NCBI GenBank assembly: GCA_028023455.1
Contig: JAQFVV010000002.1
Coordinates: 29,078,001 to 29,142,000 of the forward strand
DNA: 64,000 bases
Reading direction: 5' to 3'
DNA from: Epiperipatus broadwayi
Taxonomy: Eukaryota > Animalia > Onychophora
Each line of letters begins with the position of its first letter. Position 1 is the stretch's first letter. Shown in pieces: positions 38,516-50,300 of the stretch. The position numbers and the translations under genes are program-made. The notes under the pieces were generated by a model. The model was not told the origin of the DNA and searched no databases. It was given only the letters and a program-made list of their open reading frames with translations.

Positions 38516-39599
38516 ATATATGTTATTAAAATACCGATTTTCCATTTGAATCTATTATATCTTGGGTCTTCTATTGAATACATTAATTTATAAAAATGTA
38601 AAACAACAGTTTTTCAATGTACAGTTGCTCAAAATATGAAAAAAAAAAAAAATGAACAAAATTTTATTGAATGGCAAAAAAAGATTTTAAAGAAATAAAT
38701 ATTAAAATTATAATCAAATGAATAATTTCAAAATTAGTATAATAAATTATTTCATCAGAAAATTTAGAACTTATACGTAGAATCAAACAAACTGGTCATA
38801 AAGAAATAAAATTGGGATATATTTAGTTTTACTAATACTACAACTCCTTGGGAAGACGCTACTAAATTGCTGGTAACCCTTTGGATCGTGACTTATTTTC
38901 CTTTATCAGTATCGTGAATACAATCCTAAAAAGTCATAGTTATTTTTTTTTACATTCGTAAAGTCATAGAGTTCTGGCTTCATAACAACAATTTTTTCAG
39001 ACTGATTTTATTTACAACATGTATTCTGCTTTGTGAAATTCAACAAAGATGGCGCCACTGATTGATTAGGTCAGCTGGGAAAATAAATAATATTCAAAGT
39101 CTTTCTCAATACTTTTGCAAATTTGAAGATAATCTTTTACATTCTGTGACTAAATATATAGCATAGAATGTTTTAGCTGACTGTTTAGAACTACAAACAA
39201 AATGTTTTTCAATCAAAAGCTTATTTTCATTTAATTTTGCATATCCTTAATGTAAATGTGAAACCAATCTTAAAAGAAATTTACTGATGTGAATTACTTA
39301 TTTTCGATTTCTCATTTTGTACGTGAGTAAACCGTCATATCTACAGTTCACAGTTTACTGTTTGATATTACTTCACGTATATATATATAGTGGATGTTCG
39401 ATGTTCCTTTTGGTTTGTTGATCAGTTGCCAGAGGACCGGCGATTATATATATACTAATAAAAAGTCCCTTAAAATCCTATCATATCAGATGACCCCTCT
39501 CATAGATTAGAAACTGTGCTCTTGATGCATTGATTTTAGTTGATGCATGATATTGGTGTTTCTTATAATGGCAATTGTCGATTTAAGACCAACAACTTC

Positions 39600-40460
39600 T
39601 GACTGTTTTGAAAGGAATTGCTTTATGTTAAATGATAATATAAATATTCACAATGGCAGGAGTGACTGTAAAAGAGAAATAACAATTATATCATGAAAAT
39701 ACTGGCATTCAAGACAATTGAAAGGACTATTTTGTTGCACAAAACAAACACGATTTGGAAATTTGATTGAATTGTCATGAAAGTGTTATATTAAAAAAGG
39801 CATAACATTTTTTATCATTATACCATGAAACACAAATCACTTAAAGCCTTTTCTTTCATGGTCGTTTAGTAAGATGTGGAAAAGCCCAATAATTCTTGCA
39901 ACATTCTTTTCCATACTCCAATGATGGTTAAATAGAGGAATAGATCAGATTTTTACAGCAGGAAATTATTTTCGTTTTATAACAAAACAATAAAGTTTAC
40001 AGGTAAGTTGAAAATAATGATTGGTTGAGTCCTTTAGCTTTGCTGGTGCAACATCATACAAAAACCTGGTGAACTCAATCATGCTTTATAATCTGAGAAG
40101 CTGATATCTATTATGAAGAAATACAACCCAAATAATGCGTAATTTTCCGACCATAATTAAAGTTCAACAATATGGTTATGATATATTTGTAAAAAAGTAT
40201 ACCATCATTTGAAACTATTTAGCTGCCTTATACAAGATTTCAAGATGAAAAATATTAAGAAATTTCTATGACTTTTTGAAAATCCCTGGTACTTAAAAAC
40301 AGCAATTCATATACAAATAGCTGCTCTGGTTTTGATTATGCAAAACTCGACAAATTCATCAAGATTAGAAATGAAATGAATGTGGAGATGACGTTTAAAG
40401 ACATAAGGAAAGGAGAATGAATAAAATTGGACATTAGTGCCTGAAAAATACAAGCCTACA
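39600..40460 (+). pseudogene. Unclassified decayed DNA-transposon-like segment (possibly Sola1 transposase); paralog at 52290-53160
   Basis: Two ~850-bp diverged copies. Weak motifs KYW(Y/H)SRQL, GIDQIF and ETPDEFIRAL occur in Sola1-like order. Confidence 0.25.
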
Positions 40461-41021
40461 CAAAAGTGTATAAAAATGCTGCTCACATTGTTCACGTCAG
40501 CATATCTTTGTAAATTATCCTATTCCAAAATGAAATTTGTGACAAATATATATATAGAAATCGGTTAATTTATTCTCACCTTAATGATGCTTTAAGGGTA
40601 GCACAGATAAATCATAAAACTGAATTGTCTAAAATAGTAAAACGCTTTTTTCAAATCAAAAATTACACTAGTTTTTAAATAAACACTTAAAAAAATTATT
40701 TTATATTATCGGATGATGAGTTATATTATAGCAAGTGGTCCATATTGTACTCCAATTAACACAAGAAACATTTGTGTTATTGAAGAATAGATAGATTCAG
40801 TTTGACTTTTCCAGATTCAAGACACTTGAAAGGTTTTCAGGATTATCCTTGGTACTAACATAATTTATTGTCATTTCTTCGGTTCATATTAGTACAAGTT
40901 CTTTCACCCATTCTATGATGTTATCACAAAAGCGAATAGTATAATAAAACATAGCTAATGAATAGGTAAAAGTTATGGCTGCTTTGCTTCCATGATCATA
41001 AGATATATATTAAGGACAAAA

Positions 41022-41178
41022 ACTGTTTTAAGAGCACAGCTTTATTAACTATAAAAATATTATAGTGCTTAGTATGCTCTGTTAAATGCATTGCTCCGTC
41101 TAATAAAAGTTACCTGTGGAAAGCGTGCTAAGCAATGCAGAATCTTTATTGTTAATAAAGCTTTGCTTTTAATACAGT
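41022..41178. repeat. Small TIR element (MITE); related copy at about 47752-47906
   Basis: ACTGTTTTAAGAGCACAGCTTTATTAAC and GTTAATAAAGCTTTGCTTTTAATACAGT form the TIRs. Inner GCTTAG(T/C)ATGC and GC(G/A)TGCTAAGC. Confidence 0.6.
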
Positions 41179-42237
41179 ACTGGGTGGATGGTTTACCAGA
41201 AAAAAATATTAAAAGGCCAAATAAAATCCCTGATGGAGTAAATACAATCTATATACTTTTGCTCTTTAATAAAATTAAAACTTGAAATATAATTTGTTAA
41301 CTTTTAAACAAAATATGATACCATCTTTATTATTAATCTCTTGCAATTTATGTATTGCTTCACTATGGCCCCTTAGGCAGAGAAGGGAGTAGTCAAAGAG
41401 CACCTGAATTCAAGTCAGCAGATATATAATCAAAATATATCTAACTGACCACATTTGAAGGAAACAGATTTCTTCTCGACTGTTGAATTCAACACTACAT
41501 TCAAAGCACTTTTTTTGTTTTGTAGAAATATGGGTGCCAGTTACTTACCCAGAGGAAAATAATGCACTTTGAACAATGGTAACTAATTCAATGCCTAAGA
41601 TACATGCATGACTAGCTCAGTTTATTGTAATACATTCACAAATTATTGTTTTAATTAGTGGTAAAAAAGAAATGACCGACAAATTAAGCCTTAAGTTTAA
41701 AAGACTATTTATTTTAATTAATATTTATTATAATAATTTTAAATACTTTTGTAAATCTTAACTAACATAACAATGGTATTTTTATCTAATGATCACACAC
41801 ATTCTTAATTCACACTCTAGAATATCATATAACAAAGCATTAAATAATATTTGACATTTAAAAACACACACATCAATAGTTCATTTATGTATGCTATAGT
41901 GTTCATTATGACTTAACTCTGGGAGGCTTCAAACTAATGCAATGGCTACTTTAGCAATGAGTATAAGAAAAATGTTATTACCTAGGATTTTAGAATGTGG
42001 ACTTCTTCTTGCTGTTTGCTGTGAACTTTATTTTAATAGGATTTTCTTTTCTTTCTGGTTGCTGCTTCAAGTGAGAATATTTCTATCCAGCTGGATATGA
42101 GGTTGCTTGAGGAGGTTTAATGCTTAGTATTCCAAAGTATTTTCCTTTAAGACATTTAGATATTGACAGTGGATTTTCAAGTTGTTATGCAGGCATTATT
42201 TTTGTAGGCAGGTTAGCTGTTTCAATTGCACTCAGGC

Positions 42238-42439
42238 TAGAGCAAAGTCGTATGTTTCTGAGGTTTCTAACACTGCATTTGTCAACTGATTGATTGACTG
42301 ATTTAATCTGAGATGATCTCACTCAATTGAACTGCACTTAGAGCAAAGTCGTATGTTTCCGAGGTTTCTAACACTGCATTTGTCAACTGATTGATTGACT
42401 GATTTAATCTGAGATGATGTCACTCAATTGAACTGCACT
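42238..42439. repeat. Tandem duplication, 2 x 101 bp
   Basis: TAGAGCAAAGTCGTATGTTTC...CAATTGAACTGCACT is repeated with very few differences. Confidence 0.9.
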
Positions 42440-43276
42440 CTTTCTCAACTGTAATCTCAACTGACTGTCCAATCAAAAACTGAACTATTTATTAATAAGA
42501 CCTGTTGCCATTTTGATGTCTTCCAGCAATATCTGTTGTTCAAATTCCTTCCTTGTTTTTAATTGCATTCCTGTGATAAGCTTTTAATCCTGTTGTTGGA
42601 GATGTTAATTAGCAGCCATTGCAAACTTATTGTTGTTTTTTGTTTAACTTAATAGCCATCGCAAAACTTGTTGTTTTATAGATGTTTAACTTAGTAGCCA
42701 TTGCTGAGTGTTTTTAATTTTTTAACTTTCATTTATTTCATTGTAACATGCATGTATTTATACTGTGTTTACAATCGCACATATATATTTTACTAACAAG
42801 CTCATATTAATTCGTCATTTACACACATGTATATTTTCCTAATAAACTCAATATTAGTTTTAAAATTACTTTTTCTTTCTTTAACTCAAAAGAGAGATTT
42901 TTTACTTACTTGAAAATCAACTTCTTTTAATTTTCCCCGTAACTATGAATTAATTGTCTTTTGTAGCAAAAAAACTCTTTAAACTTCTTTTATAAACTTT
43001 TAACTTGATGTTTCTAAACCAAACCCCTCCTCCCTTCTAATTAATTAATTGCAAGTTTTATTTCAAAAAACTCTTTGACTTTTAATTTTACATTTGGAAA
43101 ACAAACTGCAATAAAAAAAAAACCTCTTAAACTTTTACATACTATTTTTTTTTTAACGAACTGTATTTTATTTTAATAATTTTTAGACAAAATTAGATAT
43201 ATGTACCAATACGATCTTGGTACTATATATATATATATGTATAAACTAATATATATATATAGTTTCTTATTCCTGT

Positions 43277-43320
43277 CCTTCACTGTCGATAGCAAATAGC
43301 TTGAAATCATGATCTGAAGG
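43277..43320 (+). ncRNA. HHR family B copy 1 (core mutated, CUGUCGA)
   Basis: CCUUCA CUGUCGA U AGC AAAUA GCU U GAAA UCAUGA UC^ UGAAGG. The A6->U change is likely inactivating. Confidence 0.6.
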
Positions 43321-43678
43321 TGGAACTAAAGTTAGAGTTAGTGAATGCTTGCTCTGACGTTTATGTAAACAAACATACGCTTGACGGTGTTTTTGGTAGA
43401 ACACCATCTATTGTCATAAATACAAGCGTTAGCAAGTTTTAACTTGTGTTTTTTTTTTTTCATAAATGTACCTTTGAGGTCTTTCTTGTAATGATATATA
43501 TTGCAGAGGCCTCTACTATGTGGTGATGCTGAACTGATATCAGACCCATGTAGCTATCTGTCTTGCTATGCTGAGTTTGAAGACATTATGTGTCTAAAAG
43601 ATTCATGCTTGCAAGCTGAATAGAAACTGTTTCATAAACGCTCAGAGTTTGTGTTTAGATCTATTTTCTTATTCTTGT

Positions 43679-43722
43679 CCTTCACTGACGATAGCAAATA
43701 GCTTGAAATCATGATCTGAAGG
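43679..43722 (+). ncRNA. Type I minimal hammerhead ribozyme, family B copy 2
   Basis: CCUUCA CUGACGA U AGC AAAUA GCU U GAAA UCAUGA UC^ UGAAGG. Perfect 6-bp stem I and palindromic stem III AUCAUGAU. Predicted cut after 43716. Confidence 0.85.
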
Positions 43723-44078
43723 TGGAACTAAAGTTAGAGATAGTGAATGCTTGCTCTGACGTTTATGTAAACAAACACGCTTGACGCTGTTTTTGGTAGA
43801 ACGCCATCTATTGTCATAAATACAAGCATTAGCAAGTTTTAACTTGTGTTTTTGTTTTTCATAAATGTACCTTTGAGGTCTTTTTTGCAATGATATATAT
43901 TGCAGAGGCTTCTACTATGTGGTGATGCTGAACTGAGATCAGACCCATGTAGCTATCTGGCTTGCTATGCTGAGTTTGAAGACATTACGTGTCTAAAAGA
44001 TTCACGCTTGCAAGCTGAATAGAAACTGTTTCATAAACACTCAGAGTTTGTGTTTTAGATCTAGTTTCTTATTTCTGT

Positions 44079-44122
44079 CCTTCACTGATGATAGCAAATA
44101 GCTTGAAATCATGATCTGAAGG
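44079..44122 (+). ncRNA. Type I minimal hammerhead ribozyme, family B copy 3
   Basis: Same fold with core CUGAUGA. Predicted cut after 44116. Confidence 0.85.
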
Positions 44123-46779
44123 TGGAACTAAAGTTAGAGATAGTGAATGCTTGCTCTGACATTATATGTAAACAAATATACACTTGATGGTGTTTTTGGT
44201 AGAATGCCATCTATTGTCATATATATATATATAAACTAATAAATGTAAACACTATCATATAAGTTTCTTATTTCAATCGTTAAATAATCTATTTCCAATT
44301 TGTTGGTTATAATCTCTAAGAGGGTCGTGAATGTTGTTCTAGTGAAGCATTGTTATATTTTATAATTGCAATTATTTTTAAAGAAATTTTGACCTAAAAG
44401 ACAGTTTCAACATTTATTTATTTCAATATAATTACCCTCTCTAATTTTACTAGAATTTACAAATAATGAAAGGAAGTTACCTGAAATCCATAATGCACAT
44501 ATTTTCAAAATATTAAAAATACAATGTAAGTTCACATTTTCAAAATTAAATTTAGGTTGAATATGTTTGATCAACACTTACTTATGAATATGAGAATTCA
44601 GATCAGTCAACAAAGTATAGAGAGGAGTAATAGCCAGGGTTTGAGAGAACTAACAGGTAACACTGAGATCATGGAAAGAATTAAAATGTTGAAATGGAGG
44701 GTGACTAAACATATTGCTACAAATGGGGATAATAGAAAAATGTGATGTTTTATAATGGATTACACGATGTTATAAAAGGCCTTGATTAAGCCTATTTGGA
44801 AGATGGGTGGATGAAATAAGGAAGTTTGTTGGTGTATTGTGGAGGGAAGAGCCTAGGTTTGTGAGAAACTTGAATACATTTGGTCAGACCTTCAGCCTGT
44901 AATGATCATTGAAAATAGTGGTAATAAATTATTTACTGTCAGTATTTTATGATATTTATGCAAACAAGCTGATATGATTGGGTGATAAGTTTTTTGAAAA
45001 TAATAAAAAGGAGTCATATTTTGAACTAGATTGGGAAACGCTACTCTAAACCATGACTGCCATAGTCCAGCCATCAAATTGAATATGAGACCCTGATATC
45101 CAATCAAAAAAACAAAAAGAAATATTCTTACAAAAAAAAATAATAATAACCCCCCAAAAAAAGGAAAGAAAAATTTCTGTAAATGACAAAATAATTCATT
45201 TAAATTTTAAATTTATTTTTTCTTTAATTGCTAAATCAAAATTCATAATCAGCAAAATAATAAAAGTGATTATAATTTACCAGATCTTTGGGTTGTAGAA
45301 AGTATTTTATTAACTAAATTATAATTATTTAAGATAAAGACATTTTAATTGTGGTGCTAAATGTTCACTTGTTCTACCTCTAAGTAAAGATTTACTTATC
45401 GTAGTAAATCGAGAGATTTCATTCTGTATGTTTATAATTAGAACTCATTGAGTTGAGTGTGAAGATATTTAAGATTCACACTTTCAGATCTAAGTACTTT
45501 GGACTGGCTTGGATATATAGAAAGACAAGTAAAGAAGAGAGTGGAACTACTCTTTTCTTGTTAAATTCTCTGTCTCAGTATTTGTGATCTGATTGGCTAA
45601 GCGCTTGAGAGGTTTTCACTCTCTCAGTTTAATTTATCCTTAAAAGGAAAAATAATTATTTCTGAACTATTAAACATTGCCAAGAATTTTGCAACAAACA
45701 TGTCACTTAATAAAATGTTTTTTTTTATTTATTTAGTATGTGGATTGAATCAGCTTAATCCCTAACAAGATAAAATAAAAAATCCTGCAGAAATTATAGC
45801 CAGAAGTTAGATTTACAAGTGAGACGTTCTTCAATTTGACAGTCATTACTTATGTGGTTCATAAAATTTGAGTCAATTCTTAGATACTGAATTATGTTTT
45901 CCATTATTCTTAAGTCTGACAGGATTAATAATTTTTATTCAATTTCTATGAGACGATATATCTGATAAAGAAATATGTTTAAAATAGGTTTTTGCAAAGA
46001 AATAGACATATGTGTAATATTTAGAAGCTTATATAAAAGTGTAGTGTGAGAAGATTTTCTCCCCCAGGGACACAATATTCATCAACAACATATGCTAATG
46101 ATGAGGAAACTGTCCATATAAGCCTAAGTATTATAATTCAGCTTTCCAAGGGAGATATTTCTAAAATTAATTGCGATATAGCTTTAGAGAAGTGAGGAAA
46201 ATAAGTTAGGCTATAATCCAAAGTTACTCCTAAAGAGCACTGTGTGATATTAAATTTTATAACACTTGCATGAACACTTAACAGAATATCAAAACAGAGT
46301 CTTCAGACCAGTAAACAAAATATAAAGTGATGTATATTAGAAGTAACCAGAAAAAATTAAAAAACAAAGACGTGAATGAGAGAGAATCACTGACGATATT
46401 GAAAAAATAAAGAGAATGAAATGGAATTGGGCTGAGCATATTTAATTACAAAGGTGATAATAGATGGGCAGTGGATATTTTTAATGAAATATAAGAAATT
46501 GAGAATGATCTATATAGAAAGTACTTATGATTTCATTAGATGAAATAAAAAAGTTTGCTGGTATGATGTGGAAAATGTCTGATTTTTTGTCAGAATAAAG
46601 ATGGAGAGACCTTCTTTCTGTAATGGTTTGATGATGGCTGAAAATTATGACGAAATATATTTGAATATATATATATATTAAAATACCGATTTTCAATTTG
46701 AATCTATTATATATTGTATCGGGTCTTCTATTGAATGCATTACTTTAAAAAAATGTAAAACTAGAGGTTTTTTTTAAGT

Positions 46780-46864
46780 GTCATAGCATCGGCCGGGATG
46801 CGTACCCGCAACCCGGGCAACTGCCTGCAAGTGCAAGGCAGTCGCACTGACCTCTCGACCAATG
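46780..46864 (-). mobile_element. tRNA-derived SINE-like insertion
   Basis: Minus strand CCATTGGTCGAGAGGTCAGTGCGACTGCCTTGCACTTGCAGGCAGTTGCCCGGGTTGCGGGTACGCATCCCGGCCGATGCT. It has a tRNA-like 3' end CCCGGCCGATGC and is absent from the paralogous flank at about 38620. A similar 3' end is at positions 4-38. Confidence 0.55.
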
Positions 46865-47409
46865 GTTGCTCAAAATATGAAAAAAAAATTGTTATTGAAT
46901 GACAAAAAAAATCATAGCAATGGCAATATTATAATCAAATTAATAAATTCAGAATTAGTATAATACTTTATTATCTCAAAAATTTTTAAACTTATACACA
47001 AAATCAAACAAATCGGTCATAAAGTAAATTAGAATAGTTTTAATTTTACTAATACTACCAGTCCTTAATCAAATCAATGGTTTCTGGAAAACATTTGGGT
47101 CATGATTATCCTCATGATTGCTGATGTCATCATCTTGACTATAAAGATCGTAAATAATCATAGAGTTTTGGCTTCATAACTACATAATTTTCAGATTGAT
47201 TTTATTCAAAACGTGTATTCTGCTTTGTGAAATTCAAGTGAGATGGCAGCACTGATCATGTTAGCTGGGGAAATCAGTGATGTAATGTAATATTGAAAGT
47301 TTCTCCATATAGTTAATGAATGTGAAAAATTTATTGGCATTTTGTCTCCGTGAATGTAATATATATATATAATATAAATAAAATGTCCGTTAATCAAAAC
47401 AAAATTGTA

Positions 47410-47737
47410 ATTATAATAAAAATAATAAATTTAACAGTTTACAAACTATTATAAACAATCCTTAAATCCGTAGAAGTACTTTCGAATAATTTCTTAAACC
47501 TGCCTCAACTGCCACTAAATTAAAAAAACAAAAAACAAAGTGGAAGCAACCATCATCAATTCAAATCCCACTAATCTCGTATTTTTGTGGGATTTGAATT
47601 GATGTTTGCTTCCACTTTGTTTTTTTAATTTAATGGCAGTTGAGCATGTTTAAGAAATTATTCGAAAGTACTTCTGTGGATTTAAGGATTGTTTATAATA
47701 GTTTGTAAACCATTAAATTTATTATTTTTATTATAAT
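47410..47737. repeat. Long foldback (~155-bp arms, ~15-nt loop)
   Basis: ...GTGGAAGCAACCATCATCAATTCAAATCCCAC-loop-GTGGGATTTGAATTGATGTTTGCTTCCAC... The arms extend to ATTATAATAAAAATAATAAATTTAA and TTAAATTTATTATTTTTATTATAAT. Confidence 0.88.
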
Positions 47738-49619
47738 ATATATATACAAAAACTGTATTAAGAGCAAAGGTTCACTAGCAATAAAAAGACTGTATTACTT
47801 AGCATGTTCTGTTACAATCATCGATACTTGTATGACAATAATCTCTCAAAAGCATGCTAAGCACTACAGTATTTTTACTGTTAATAAAGCTTTGCCATTA
47901 ATCTAGTTTTTATATTTGTAAACATACAGCTAATGAATGTAAAGACAACCATATATGTTCCATATTTTAATTGTTAAACAATGGATTCCCAATTTTTTAG
48001 TTATTATCTTTACGAGGGTTATAAATGTCATTCTGGAGACTCAGTAGCATTATTTATAATTGCAATTATGTTTAAAGAAAATTCCTCTCTGAAAATAATT
48101 ACAACACTTATTTATTTCAGTCTGATAACCCTTCTTTACTTTACAAGGTTTGAAATACATTAGTGAATATTTTTTCAAAATATTAAAAAGAATGTAACCT
48201 CTCATTTTAAACATTAAAGTTAGGTTAAATATCTTTAACCAATACTTACTTATGAACTTGACTGTTCAGATCATAAAAGTATGGAGAGGAGTAATAGCAA
48301 GAGATTGAAATCAAAGTCTGTGGGTGAAAGAATAAACAGTTTTCACTGAGATCGTGGAAAGGATTCAAATGCTGAAATGGAGCTGAGGTGGACATATTGC
48401 TAGAAAAGAAAAAATAGTTAGACAATTGAGGATTTAAAGTGGATTGCAAAAAATTATAAAAGACCTAGGTAAAGGCGACGTGGAAGATGGATTGATGAAA
48501 TGAGGAAGTATGCTGGCGTATTGTGCGTGATAGAGAATGGGGTTCTGAGTAATAGAATAAATTTGGAGAGATATCCAGTGGACTAATAATAATTGAAAAA
48601 TCATGGTGATAAATTATTTGCTATGTTAGGATTTTATGATTTTTATCCAAACTCTCCAGATGGTGTTTTTCTTTTCGCAAAATTATTATTGGCCTTTGTA
48701 TGTAGGTAATAAGGAAACATATGATTTCAAAATATATGGGAATAATTTACAATGTAATATCGCACATTGGTTATTTTTTATTTAGATTATATTTTTAAAT
48801 AAAATTATCGATTTTAAAAAACCTATTATTTTTAACTGGGAAAAAATATTAGTATTCAATGTCGACTAGTTAAGGAAAATATAAAATTAAAAGAATATAG
48901 TTTTTGTTTAAAAAAAAGAAATGCTAATATATGCATTTTGCGCTGGAAACAAATAGTTTAAAGAGCTTTCACATGCAAATATGTTAATAGAGTCGGGTGG
49001 TAAGTTTCTTTAAAATAGTCAAAAAGGGTCATAGCCAGAACTAGATTGGGAAAGGCTCTTCTAAACCGGGGCTATCATAGTGCAGCAAATTCTTGTCTGA
49101 AGTCTCCATCAAAAAGTAAAAAAAAAAAAGAATTATTAGAAAAAAAATTAGCCCGAAAAAAGGAAAGAAGTTACCTAAATGAAAGAATAACTCATTTAAA
49201 TTTTAAATATATAATCAGAAAAAATGTTAAAAATTAATATAAGTTACTAAATCTTTGGGTTGTGGAAACTATTTTATCACTATCAATAATAATTATTTGA
49301 AATAAAGATGGATGTTAAATGTTCAATTGTTGATAAGCTCTATAAGAAAATTTATTTATCTTTAAAGGTAAAAATAATTGTTTTATAATTTTGTAACTAT
49401 CAAACATTTCCAAGATTTTAGCGACAAATATATCATTTAATGAAATGTTTTTTATATATTTATTTCCTATATGACTTGAGTCAGTTTAACCCTTAACAAG
49501 ATAAAAGAAAGAATCTTGCAGAAATTACAGCCAGGAGTTAGATATATTAAGTTATTCCATTTCCCCGCTATAGCGTTCTCTTTGACTGTCATGATCTATG
49601 TGGTTCACAGTTTGTATTT

Positions 49620-50300
49620 GTTCATATTTGCAATGATCAAAACATAGTAAACTTCAATAATGAAGCAGATGAATACCACAAATACGAGTCATCGTGAATC
49701 TGTTGATGACTCCAGTCGTATCTCGGAAAAACAACTCATCTTGGCATTGTTGGTAGATTAGAAAAAGGAAATTTATTTGGAATCTTATATGAATTCTATT
49801 TTGTCCATCACAATTCTTCCATGGTACCTTTTTGTTTCAACATCAAAAAAGGGATAATAATTTCAGTCACTTCTTGTCTACGGAAATTATGATTTGCATT
49901 ATGGGCAAGTCTGATTGGATTAGCAATTTATATACATTGTTTATGAGTCAATATATCTGATACAGTAATATGTTCAAGAATAGAATGCCACAGGATAGAA
50001 ATAGTCATACGTGTACTGTTTAGAAGCTTATACAGAAATGAAGGGTGAGAACATTTTCTTCACACAAGGACATAATAATCACCAACAGCATATATCAATG
50101 CTGAAGAAACTGTCCATACAACCCTAAATATTATTATGCAGTTGTCAAAGAAGGTCATTTCTAAAAATTCATTTTGATATATCCTTAGATAAGGAAGAGA
50201 AATAAGTTAAACTGTGTTCCAAAGATACTCCTAAAGAGCAGTGAGTGATATTAAATTTTAAAACACTATTGCATGGAAACTTAACAGAAGATCAAATTCC
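49620..50300 (-). pseudogene. Probable degraded Sola1-like DDE transposase
   Basis: Minus strand KVPWKNCDGQNR (49791-49830) resembles WSDNCxGQNRN. Upstream SID...LLCP...YTYDYF and downstream WSHQQIHDDS (like GHTQxxxDS) fall in the expected order. Confidence 0.35.

Larger units (their letters stand above)
43261..44220 (+). mobile_element. Retrozyme-like insertion: ~2.4 x ~400-bp tandem units with three HHR motifs (family B)
   Basis: HHR cleavage sites spaced 402 and 400 nt. TATAAACTAATA flanks both ends (43240-43251 and 44230-44241) next to (TA)n. Confidence 0.85.
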
